32,000 bases of DNA from Candidatus Saccharimonadota bacterium (GTDB lineage: Bacteria > Patescibacteriota > Gracilibacteria > BD1-5 > UBA2023): contig JAXLZO010000001.1 of NCBI GenBank assembly GCA_046350815.1, positions 330,001-362,000 on the forward strand. Direction: 5' to 3'. The position numbers and the translations under genes are program-made. The notes beneath the pieces were generated by a model. The model was not told the DNA's origin and did not search any database. It worked only from the letters and a program-made list of their open reading frames with translations. Shown one piece after another: positions 12,117-21,279 of this stretch. Position 1 is the first letter of the stretch, and each line of letters begins with the position of its first letter.

Positions 12117-13167
12117 TTCCACTACCAAGCACCCGATCTTCGTGATAAATAACAAGTGCTTGTCCAGGTGCTCACCCTGTCTGTGCTTCAACAAATGTTA
12201 TTTCTAGTGCTCAGTTGTCATTTGGTATAGTTTGATATATTTTCTGAGGCATTTGATGATACCGTATTTCAACATTCAAGGACTCAGGATGACGATGAAA
12301 ATCAAGCCACTCAGTTTCAGAACAAAGGATATTCCAATTTCCAACCAAAAATCGGTATTGTCGCCGTAGTGAATCATCTTTTGGTCAAACAACAAGGATA
12401 TTATTTTTTTGATCTTTTTGTATCACATAGAGTGCTGGACCGCCTCCGACTTCAATTCCTTTTCTCTGACCAAGAGTATATCTCCAAAGTCATTGGTGTT
12501 CGCCAATTTTCTTACCAGTTGTATCAAAAATATCCCCAGGAACTGATGGAAGTCTCTCAGCAAGAAAATCTTGCATTGACACTTTGCCAATAAAACACAG
12601 TCCCTGACTATCGGGGCGGAGTGCATTTGGAAGTTGAAATTTTTTTGCAAGTTCGCGAACTTCCGATTTTGGTATATTTCCGATGGGAAACTGAGCAAAA
12701 GAAAGTTGTTCTCTGCTGAGTCGTGAGAGAAAGTATGCTTGGTCTTTGAGATGATCTACTCCTCGATATAGTTCTGGTTGATCGTGATGATATTGAATCT
12801 GAGCATAGTGTCCTGTTGCTATCATATCGTATCAAGCTTGTTGTGCTTCAGATGCGAAGAGGTCGAATTTTACCAAATTGTTACACCAGATATCAGGATT
12901 GGGCGTATGTCATTTTGAATATCCATCATAGATAAGCGACACGATACGGTCATTGTATTCCTCGATGTAGTCGAAAGTGTAGAATGGTATAGAGAGATGT
13001 GTGGCAACGGACTTTGCTACTTCCAAATCCGCTCTGGTTGTACAATTTGGACTGTTGCTAAGGTAGTTGATCATAAATCCGGCATGTACCTCATGTCATT
13101 GTTCTTGGAGGAGTGCTGCGACCACACTGGAATCCACTCATCCTGAGAGTGCTACGAGTATTTTCAT
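12097..13167 (-). CDS. mnmA: tRNA-specific 2-thiouridylase MnmA, 356 aa
   Basis: Minus-strand ATG at 13167, TAA at complement of 12097-12099, one frame checked. PP-loop ALSGGVDSSV (the second G is TGA, complement of 13138-13140). Other motifs: TPNPDIWCN, ATGHYAQ, KDQAYFL, DSQGLCFIG, YTLGQRKG, APGQALVIY. Confidence 0.9.
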
Positions 13168-13766
13168 ATATTCATTTCATGATGTATTTTTACAATAAAT
13201 TCATCCCAAGAATCGACTCGTATACTTGGATCAAGAGAGTGATTTTTGTTCCAAGGAGTATTCAGGCAATATGCTTGGATATCATGTTTGAAATATTCTT
13301 CGATATTATGTCATCCATCATCGAGTGCATGAGTTATTCCAAGGTTTTTTGCATAGATCCCCTTTGAAAAACGATGAAGTGGATCATCTTTTCAGAGTGT
13401 ATGGTAGCTTGTGAATATTTTTCAGAAGCGTTGCTCGCACCATAGTTTAATATTGTCATAATTACTGTGATGGCGAGCGGTGATTATGTGAATTTGATGT
13501 CACATTTGAGAAAGTTGCCTAAGTCATGCAACAGCACCTTCAACCGGGAGGAGATCATCAAGGTTTTGACGTGCAAGGATTTCTCGCCAAAAAAGAACAC
13601 TTTCTTCTCTTGTTGTAAATACACACTCCGTGAGATTCTCCCAGTCAAATGATACGATATGATCGCGCGTTAGAGTCTCTATAGGATACATTGTGTTATA
13701 TTCTTGTAGTACATAGGTCATGCTATCCGCAAGAACTTCATCAAAATCAATGGCAAAAGAGAACAT
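13152..13766 (-). CDS. HAD-superfamily 5'(3')-deoxyribonucleotidase-like (NT5C type), 204 aa
   Basis: Start at 13766, TAG at complement of 13152-13154, frame checked. Motif I is FAIDFDEVLAD. Also IHIITAR and GITHALDDGGHNI. Its last 16 nt overlap the mnmA start. Confidence 0.7.
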
Positions 13767-13825
13767 ATCAAAAAAGAAGTCTATTATAAAGACTTCTTTT
13801 GACTTTCCAAATAGGAAAATAATTC

Positions 13826-14770
13826 TTACACGTCTTGTTTAACGAGAGACGTATCTGCTGATTTGGTAGCAAGACCACGTGATCTTGCTTTCTTCACAAG
13901 AGCAGTATGGTTAGAAATATTTTCGAGAGCGGCATGATGTTCAGTATTTACAAGTTCTTGATGTTCCGGTTGTAGTGTTGGAAGATTATGTTCAATAACC
14001 ATGAGTTCGTGAGGTTCTTGAACGATAAGATGATGTTCTTCGTTCGATTGTGTTATAATCGCTTTGTTAGTTTGTGGATTCATAAGGGTATGGATATGGA
14101 TAGTCTCGAGGGATATATTTCCTGAGGTATTCTTTGTATTTTTTTGAAGTTCAACTCTTCGGATAATATCTTCACTGATTTCTTCCCATGTATTCATACG
14201 AATAAGGTTCGTATGTTCGAGATTTTGATAACTATTCCATGGACGAGGAAGAAGATAGGTTGGAATACCAGCCTTCGCCAATGATTCTGCAAAGGTGAGA
14301 TTATCATCAATAGCAAAATCAATTCGGTGCTCCTGTCCTATCTCTCATTTACTTCGTGCTCGAACGCTGTGGTATTCACCAAAATATACCCAAGAAAAAA
14401 TCCCAGGAAAATATTTTTCAAGCAAGTCTTTCGTTGCTTTTCTTCATGAAGCGCTTCTTCCAGTGATAGCAACGATTGAGTATCCTGCTGATTTGAGCTT
14501 GATGAGTCATTCTTTTGCGCCATCAATGAGTGGTGTGGATTGATTGAATGATTCAAAATTTCGATGAGCCTCTTCCCATGCCTTATCTGTTTCGGCTTGC
14601 GTCCATGGGATATTCTCAATCTTATGCCATTCATGATCGATGAGATCATTGTAGTCAATATTGTGCGGTGATTTCTTCGCAAGAATATTGAGAACCCCAG
14701 AAAATGAGGATATGATCGTCTCATCAATATCTACAGCAATGCGAATGTTATTTTTGATTCTCTTTCTCAT
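13826..14770 (-). CDS. NT5C-type HAD nucleotidase paralog with ~108-aa His/Glu-rich C-terminal extension, 314 aa
   Basis: Start at 14770, TAA at complement of 13826-13828. Track fragments 14507-14770 and 13826-14281 are in the same frame with no TAA/TAG between them. Motif I is IAVDIDETII. Also VAITGRS, IDFAIDDN, LLPRPWN, then the tail ...NEEHHLIVQEPHELMVIEHNLPTLQPEHQELVNTEHHAALEN... Confidence 0.7.
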
Positions 14771-14842
14771 AAGTTTTATCAGATAATTACATACTTATAT
14801 TGCCATATATTTTCTAAAATTGCGAATAAATCATCATTTTTA

Positions 14843-14873
14843 TACAAAAAAAGTGCGATATATTATCGCACTT
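14843..14873 (-). terminator. Rho-independent terminator of the ABC ATPase gene
   Basis: Perfect 10-bp stem AAGTGCGATA / TATCGCACTT (14851-14873) with a 3-nt loop. On the minus strand it is followed by a T-run (A-run 14844-14850 on plus). It overlaps the stop codon. Confidence 0.8.
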
Positions 14874-15594
14874 CGTATTCATCATCGAGTTTAATCTTTT
14901 GCATAAAGTATTGTTCGAGTGGCACATTGATGTTTTTTACATGATCATGTGCTATGATTGATCATTGATGGATAATTGCAAATTCATCGCAGATACTTTC
15001 TACATCAGAGAGAATATGTGTATTAAAAAACACAGTAACCCCTTGGTTTTTTAATTCAATAATAAGATCTTTGACCATTTTTCGTCCGATTGGATCGAGG
15101 CCACTCATGGGCTCATCGAGAAAAACAAGCTCTGGATCATTAATGAGCGCTTGTGCAAGACCCACTCGTTGGAGCATGCCTTTTGAAAAAGTAGAGAGGC
15201 GTTTTTTACGAGCATGTGTGAGACCTACTTTTTCAAGAAGATTTGTGATTCGTTCTTGCAGTGTTTCTTTATCTATGTTAAAAAATGAACCATTAAAATG
15301 TAGAAATTCTTCCGCAGTAAGGTACTTATAGAGATACGTATTCTCCGGCATAAAACCAATACGAGATCGGACGCCTTTATCTCGAGTGGTTCCACCGAGT
15401 ACTGATATCGACCCACTTGATGGGGTCAATAGACCAAGAATAGTCTTCATGGTTGTTGTCTTTCCGGCACCATTTGGTCCGAGAAATCCAAAGGCAGAAT
15501 GTGGTTTGAGATTGAGATTGATGGAATGAAGGAGTTCATCACCATTGATTTCTACGCACACATCCTTGATATCGATAATATTTTTGGTACTCAT
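14863..15594 (-). CDS. ABC transporter ATP-binding protein (ABC-2/NatA-like), 243 aa, no adjacent permease
   Basis: Start MSTKNIIDIK at 15594; the upstream residues in the track ORF are unlikely to be coding. Walker A GPNGAGKTT, signature FSKGMLQRV, Walker B LVFLDEP. It continues through TGA 14962-14964 to TAA at complement of 14863-14865. Confidence 0.85.
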
Positions 15595-15647
15595 AGGTAA
15601 TTTATGCTCCCTAGTATACGAAATAAGCAAAAAAGAAAAGACGGCGT

Positions 15648-16007
15648 TTAGAGGGATGGGATGATTGGATGTATGGATTGTTTTCTTACGGTAATAGTGA
15701 TGTTTTGAATAGCATATCCGGCTACGCATAGCTCAGATTGAATAGGGAGATCCTGAATGGATCAAGTATCAATATCGATAAGGTGCATATGAGGCATTTC
15801 TACGTGCTCGTAGTATGCGATTCATTCATGTTCATAGATCTTATGAAGCGTGCCATCGAGAGTAAGTTGCTCAAGATGTCGATAGATAGTAGCTATTCCT
15901 ACATGGGGGAATTTTTGTCGTAGTGACACAATAATATCTCGTGCGCTCTTATGGGCGCAGGTAGTTTCTTGTATAATATAGTCTCTGTAGGGTATACGTT
16001 TTGCCAT
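15648..16007 (-). CDS. Fur-family (PerR-like by context) transcriptional regulator, short (119 aa) and lacking the CxxC zinc motifs
   Basis: Start at 16007, TAA at complement of 15648-15650, with 2 TGA(Gly). Winged-helix part SARDIIVSLRQKFPHVGIATIYRHLEQLTLDG. Metal-site region YEHEGIAYYEHVEMPHMHLIDIDTGSIQD, where the canonical HLICxxCG reads HLIDIDTG. Confidence 0.65.
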
Positions 16008-16030
16008 ATTGAAAGATGAGTTTTGAGGTT

Positions 16031-16058
16031 ATTATAGAAAAATGAGAATAATTCTCAA
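16031..16058 (-). promoter_or_regulatory. Promoter of the Fur-family gene
   Basis: Minus strand: TTGAGA (complement of 16053-16058), 16-nt spacer, TATAAT (complement of 16031-16036). Confidence 0.5.
16043..16057. promoter_or_regulatory. Perfect 7-1-7 palindrome, candidate Fur/PerR-type operator
   Basis: TGAGAAT-A-ATTCTCA has the same architecture as Fur/PerR boxes (TGATAAT-N-ATTATCA). It sits inside the spacer and -35 of the regulator's own promoter and 8 nt upstream of the dps -35. Confidence 0.6.
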
Positions 16059-16064
16059 ATTATT

Positions 16065-16092
16065 TTGACAGGACAGATTTTTACACTACATT
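16065..16092 (+). promoter_or_regulatory. Promoter of dps-ahpC
   Basis: TTGACA (16065-16070), 16-nt spacer, TACATT (16087-16092), ~29 nt upstream of the dps ATG. Confidence 0.5.
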
Positions 16093-16120
16093 GTTTGTGT
16101 ATTTCTTAATACAAAAATAT

Positions 16121-16558
16121 ATGAAATCATCTCCACAGACGATTGATCATCTGAATCAACTTTTGTCAGATATTATAGTGCTTGGTCAGATGGCACATTC
16201 CGCACATTGGAATATTGAATGATCTTCATTTTATGAATTTCATCTCTTCTTCGAGATGCTCTATAATGAGCTCCAGAGTCCTATCGATGATATAGCAGAA
16301 CGTGTTCGAGCACTTGGTGGAAAACCAATTTCCTCACTTGCACAGTATGTTCAGACTTCGATTTTGACAGAGATCGATACAGAATCTGATTCTAAAAAGC
16401 TTCTCGCACTTCTTGAAGTAGCATATCAGCTTGTCTCTGATGAACTCATTGAGTTCATATCACTCGATCAAGAGGATGCTGTTACTCAAGATATGTATAT
16501 CGGTTACAAAAACATGCTCGATAAACGCCTCTGGATGATACGAGCATTCCATAAATAA
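16121..16558 (+). CDS. dps: Dps-family DNA-protection/ferroxidase protein, 145 aa
   Basis: ATG 16121 to TAA 16556-16558, with one TGA(Gly) in AHWNIEGSSFYEFHLFFE. Also DDIAERVRALGGKP. The track shows only 16256-16558. Confidence 0.8.
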
Positions 16559-16578
16559 TATTTCTTTTCTTTTCACAT

Positions 16579-17199
16579 ATGTCTTGCGACTCTTCTTGCG
16601 AATATTCATTCCAAATAGCAAAAATCGATTGTAGTGCTCCAGAGTTTGATCTCCCAGCATATGATCCCATTAAGGATGATACTACCAAGATTGCTCTTGC
16701 TGATCTTCGTGGTTCATGGACAGTTCTGTTCTACTATCCAGCTGACTTTACATTTGTTTGTCCTACAGAGCTCAAGGATATGGCAGGAGCAAAAGCAGAG
16801 TTTGATGCTCTCGGAGTGAAGGTGCTCGTTGCATCTACTGATACAGTATTCTCTCATCGTGCATGGGTAAAGCATGAGGGCCTCATGAAGAATTTTCCTT
16901 ACCTCATGCTCGCTGACCATACGACTGAGATCGCCGCACTCTATAATATCCTCGATGAAGAGACTGGCATTGCTGGACGCGGAACATTTATCATCGATCC
17001 AGAAGGTGTATGTCGTGGCATTGAGGTGACGTCTGGTCCACTCGGTCGTAACAGTGTTGAGCTTCTCCGTAAGATCGAAGCACTTCAGTTCATGGCTGCT
17101 CACCCTGGTGTAGCATGTCCAGCAAAATGGACTCCTGGAGCTAAGACGCTCAACCCGTCTATTAAGATTGCAGGCGAGGTTGAGAAAGAGCTACAGTAG
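16579..17199 (+). CDS. ahpC: Typical 2-Cys peroxiredoxin (AhpC/Prx1 type), 206 aa
   Basis: Intact ORF. Peroxidatic motif DFTFVCPTE, resolving Cys in GVACPAKW. It starts 20 nt after dps, so is probably co-transcribed. Confidence 0.85.
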   Translation: MSCDSSCEYSFQIAKIDCSAPEFDLPAYDPIKDDTTKIALADLRGSWTVLFYYPADFTFVCPTELKDMAGAKAEFDALGVKVLVASTDTVFSHRAWVKHEGLMKNFPYLMLADHTTEIAALYNILDEETGIAGRGTFIIDPEGVCRGIEVTSGPLGRNSVELLRKIEALQFMAAHPGVACPAKWTPGAKTLNPSIKIAGEVEKELQ

Positions 17200-17210
17200 T
17201 ATTTCGAATA

Positions 17211-17241
17211 AATAAATCCCCAAATTGTTTGGGGATTTATT
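17211..17241 (+). terminator. Rho-independent terminator after ahpC
   Basis: 11-bp stem AATAAATCCCC / GGGGATTTATT with a 9-nt loop and a T-rich tail. Confidence 0.75.
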
Positions 17242-17291
17242 TATTCTTATGTAATATAATTGTATTAACGAAACGTTTTAGTAGCTATCTT

Positions 17292-19022
17292 ATGAATTTC
17301 CTCCAATACGCACGTATATTCCTTGCTCCAATATTCCAAGCAAAACTGTATACAAGCACGTTAATACTAGAATTCTCCATTTGGGCACTACTCCCAACGA
17401 TTAGTGTATTTTTTGTGGGAAGCATGACACGTATTTTACAATCTGGTGATATCGATGCATTTTATGGAATCGTTCTTCAGTATATTGGATTTTTCTTTTG
17501 AATAAACATTTTCATTGCTCTGACCTATCGAATTTGATGGGTACGCTATCTTGAGACCATTCAATCTATTCTCTATCGTCAATATATTACTGATTTTGTT
17601 CATATTGACCCTCAGCGTATTGAGATCATTGGTACAGGTAAACTTCTCTACATGATCCAGAATGGAGTAAAGGCGCATGCATCAGCGCTTACAGATCTTT
17701 TTTCTTATGGAACCAAATTTATCCTCGCATCAGGAGTTGCATTCTATTTTATAGCGCAGGTGAGTTGGATATATGTTCTACTTTCTGTGGTGGTATTTGG
17801 ATGTCTTGGTATGTATATGTATTTTGTTGATCAGAAGCAGATACAAATACGTAAGGAGAAATATGAGAACAAGAAGAATGTATCGTCGGTGGTGACACGA
17901 GTGATCATGTCAAAGAGCGAGATGCTCTCTGAATCTCTTCGTGAAAAACAAATTGTCCGTATTGAGTATGAGGGTCGTGAAATGATTGCAAAGAACATAC
18001 GACAAAATGTATGGATGACTCTTCTTTTTCGTGGTACAGAGACGAGTATTTTTATACTTCATCTTGTTCTTATAACCATAGCAGCCAAGTCATATTTTTC
18101 AGGTGGTATGAGTTTAGCAACCGTCATATCCTTGTCAGTAGCTTTTGGCTATTTTGAGAAGATACTTGTTGAGTGTATCTTATTCTACAAGAATTTCACG
18201 AAAGAGCTTGCCGAAATAGTCGGTTTATGGGATTTCTTTCGCACAACACCTAAGATGACAAATCTTACATCTGGGGATCTGTTTGAACCAAAAGGTGGTT
18301 CCATCGATTTCCAATGAGTTGATTTCTCCTATCATTCATGAGATAATCTGGTGCTCGAAAATCTCTCATTATCAATAACTCCTCGAAAAACTACTGCATT
18401 TGTAGGTCCAAGTGGTGGAGGTAAGTCAACTATCACGAAGCTTATTCTCGGATATTTACATCCGAATAAAGGCTCTATTCTTGTAGATCATCAAGATATT
18501 TCAAAAGTATCACTTCAATCTTTTTACAAAAGTATTGGATATCTTCCACAAGAACCAAATGTATTTGATGGAACGATCCGAGATAATCTTCTGGGAACTT
18601 CCCCAGAAGCATCAGATGAGGCATTAGAACGAGCACTTCACTTAGCGGGATGTGATTTTATCGCAGATCTGCCACATGGAATGGACACAGAGATCGGCGA
18701 GAGATGAGTTCGTCTCTCCGGTGGACAGAAGCAAAGACTTGCAATAGCAAAGATATTTCTCAAAGATCCCGAGATCATCATCCTCGATGAACCTACTTCG
18801 GCACTCGATAGCTTCAGCGAGGAGAGAATTTCACAATCACTCTCAGCACTCTTTCACAATAAGACGGTTATCATTATTGCTCATAGGCTTCAGACGGTCA
18901 AACATGCAGATGAGATATTCGTTATCGAAGGTGGTAGAGTAGTTGAGAGTGGAAACCACACAACGCTGGTAAGCCAAAATGGGTACTATGCAAAAATGTT
19001 GGAGCTGCAGAGTGGATTTTAG
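17292..19022 (+). CDS. ABC exporter, fused permease/ATPase (MsbA/ABCB type), 576 aa
   Basis: ATG 17292 (after the terminator) to TAG 19020-19022. Track pieces 17229, 17652 and 18351 are in the same frame and joined by TGA. Walker A GPSGGGKST, signature region ERGVRLSGGQKQR (the G is TGA 18705-18707), Walker B IIILDEPTSALD, H-loop IIIAHRL. Confidence 0.9.
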
Positions 19023-19082
19023 TGAGAAAATTTGACTAAACTAAGAATTTATGATTTAGTAGTGGTGCATTAACAATTTTTT

Positions 19083-19832
19083 ATGTCATGAGAACGTAAT
19101 GGCGATATGTCATCACAGAAACAAGATAGAAGTTCAAGACAAATGGAGGCTCATAAAGCCTCTCCTGGGAAGCGTGATGAAACAAAAGGAAAGTTGGATC
19201 AACTTTTGTGAGTGGTTGAAGCAAACAAGATTATTTGAAAACTCTTCAAGGTTGATGATTATTGACATGTTGTATGAAAGAGAACATGAACAATATATGC
19301 AACTATAGATGTAAATTCTTTTCGTGCCGTACCGGATGATAATCGTTTTTTTGTAGATAAAAATGCAACATATGTGCAATATATGGATAATGATGCAAGG
19401 TTTCTAAGGTTAGAAGGTAGCAGCTGAGAAGTATCATTTCCATATCGTCAAAATAATCGCATTGATCATAGTATAGTTATATCGAATGGAAATATATATA
19501 CATACTCCCTTTTTTCCAACTATAAAAAAATTGATTTGCATGGTAATAAATGGATTCCATGAAAATCACATGTATTAGCTAGTGAACATACTGCTTTGAT
19601 TATTTCATTTGATGGGGAGAGTATCATAGATGTAAGTACATGAGAAATTCTTCCATTCAAAACTTCAGATGCAAAGTTCGTATTAGGTAATAGTCTATGA
19701 GCTAAAAATGATAGAGTGGTTGCATATATCAAAAGATGAAATAAAGAAGCGGTATATGACTTTGTAGAAAACAAATTTTTCTCAATGGAAGATTGGAAAA
19801 AATATAGCACTAATATGACCGGTTGATATTAG
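19083..19832 (+). CDS. Hypothetical protein, 249 aa, 12 in-frame TGA(Gly); invisible in the standard-code track
   Basis: ATG 19083 to TAG 19830-19832, verified codon by codon. A 250-codon frame free of TAA/TAG in AT-rich DNA is unlikely by chance. Basic/polar N-terminus, then beta-rich sequence (FFVDKNATYVQYMDNDARFLRLEG..., IVISNGNIYTYSLF...). I recognise no family. Confidence 0.55.
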
Positions 19833-19975
19833 AAATGTTTCCAGGTCTTAGAATAAGAGCTTTAAACTGGTATATACGGAAAATAAAGAGATCATTAGTC
19901 ACAAGAATAAATATTAACAAGAGAAGATTGAGTAGTCAAATTATAGTTTTCCAGAGTCACATCAGAAGGATATTT

Positions 19976-20003
19976 TTGACAGGAATCTTATTTTTGGTAC
20001 TAT
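19976..20003 (+). promoter_or_regulatory. Sigma70-like promoter inside the ORF-poor region
   Basis: TTGACA (19976-19981), 16-nt spacer, TACTAT (19998-20003). Confidence 0.4.
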
Positions 20004-20009
20004 CAGCTT

Positions 20010-20320
20010 AGTATGTATCCATTCAGCTATGAATTGAATTATTCTCACTTCACATCACCATATATTCATTGCATCTTGCAGAATATGAAGTGTTTGTTGT
20101 GGGCTATAATCTCAAAAGAGAAATACACACAATAGAAATTCTGATATCCTTGCAAGAAATTGCATGGATATTTTTTCTTTTTCTCACGTATGTTTCCAAT
20201 TTCATCGTACCCACGTTTCCATCATCACCCACTTGCATCTTAGTGTGGGGTTTTTGGAGATTGTATTCTTATAGAGTAGACAATAACCCCTCGATAAGAG
20301 GGATTATTTTTTCACTTTTT
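20010..20320 (+). other. Promoter-to-terminator unit (~300 nt) without a convincing ORF: candidate small RNA, small-peptide gene or decayed gene
   Basis: Under TGA=Gly the best ATG-initiated ORFs are 40 aa (20013-20135) and 26 aa. The long frame 20012-20386 has no ATG before 20336. The unit ends in the hairpin 20282-20308 plus a T-run. Confidence 0.25.
20282..20320 (+). terminator. Rho-independent terminator
   Basis: Stem AATAACCCCTC / GAGGGATTATT (one bulged C) with a 5-nt loop GATAA, followed by TTTTTTCACTTTTTT. Confidence 0.65.
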
Positions 20321-20325
20321 TGTTT

Positions 20326-20691
20326 ATGCGAGAATATGCGAAGCGCAAAATCCTTCAGGATGAAATGGTCGTTCTTGTTCCTGTAAGTAAGCTTGGTTTA
20401 CTCCCTGTGGAGCGAAAGTTGTTTCGAGAGATAATGTCTTGATTAGATATGGAATTTCGTTGATGTTTTCAATGGTCCGTTGCAAGTTTAGTAGTAAAAA
20501 TTTTACGAGGTGATACATGTGAGCAATCACTTGAGAAATTTGAACAAAACATTCAAGATTTGCAAATTGATGAATTTGATGATGCGCCAAATGCTAACCC
20601 ATGTTTTTCATCAGCAATCAGGACTATTCGTTTGCGAACCAAGGTTATTACAGATCTAGAAAATACATGTACATGTATTGAGATAAAATAA
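20326..20691 (+). CDS. Hypothetical protein, 121 aa
   Basis: ATG 20326 to TAA 20689-20691, with 2 TGA(Gly). It lies 31 nt upstream of the LOG-like gene. Sequence MREYAKRKILQDEMVVLVPVSKLGLLPVERKLFREI...TDLENTCTCIEIK. I recognise no family. The antisense track ORF 20324-20590 lacks an ATG start. Confidence 0.45.
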
Positions 20692-20722
20692 AGTAAATTT
20701 AATTCTTTTTAAACTTGTTTTT

Positions 20723-21268
20723 ATGAAAAAACTACAAATTGGTGTGATGTGATCCGCAGCAGACCTTGGGTATGAACAAAATATATCTGATCTCGCATTT
20801 GAGATTGGTAAAATCATTGCCTCCCTTGGCTGTGTGATGGTCTATGGAGCTGAGAAAGATAGCGATAGTCTCTCAACGAGCGCTGCTCGTGGTGCTAAAT
20901 CAGTATGATGATTTGTTATGGGAGTAACGTATGGGAAGACTCCTGATGTTTGGTGAGAGATGCTTGATCTCACAGATTGTATGGTTTGTACAGGTATGGA
21001 ACGTGGTGGATGAAGGGAATTTGTTCTTGTATCTTCGTGCGATGCTATTGTGGTGGTTGGGGGATGAAGCGGCACTCTTAATGAAATGACGGTAGCATAC
21101 CAAAAAAAGATACCAATTTTTGTCATGAAGTGAACTGGTGGGTGGGCGGATAAGCTCGCAGATCAATACATTGATGAGAGGTATCTTACTGATCCGAAGA
21201 GATATATATGTAAGGGAATTGATAATACTGATGATTTGACTAGGGAACTCAGGCAGATTATTTCTTAA
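20723..21268 (+). CDS. LOG/TIGR00725-like Rossmann-fold nucleotide-binding protein, 181 aa
   Basis: ATG 20723 to TAA 21266-21268, with 7 TGA(Gly). Motifs IGVMGSA, ARGAKSVGGFVMGV, and DAIVVVGGGSGTLNEM (one G is TGA 21065-21067), which matches the LOG-family GGGxGTxxE motif. Confidence 0.65.
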
Positions 21269-21279
21269 TCGAATCGCTT

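Noticed and set aside
15594-15729. N-terminal 45-aa extension of the ABC ATPase as drawn in the track (start at 15729)
   Set aside because: The extension overlaps the 3' end of the Fur-family gene and is not ABC-like. The canonical N-terminus MSTKNIIDIKDV begins at 15594.
19823-20011. Basic 58-62 aa ORF (ATG at 19835) right after the 249-aa gene
   Set aside because: Short, Arg/Lys/Ile-rich and without a recognisable motif or ribosome-binding signal. I kept it only as a possibility within the ORF-poor-region finding.
20069-20386. 105-aa track ORF spanning the terminator hairpin
   Set aside because: It starts at TTG with no in-frame ATG until 20336. It reads through a strong hairpin and T-run, and overlaps the better-supported ATG-initiated ORF at 20326-20691 in another frame.
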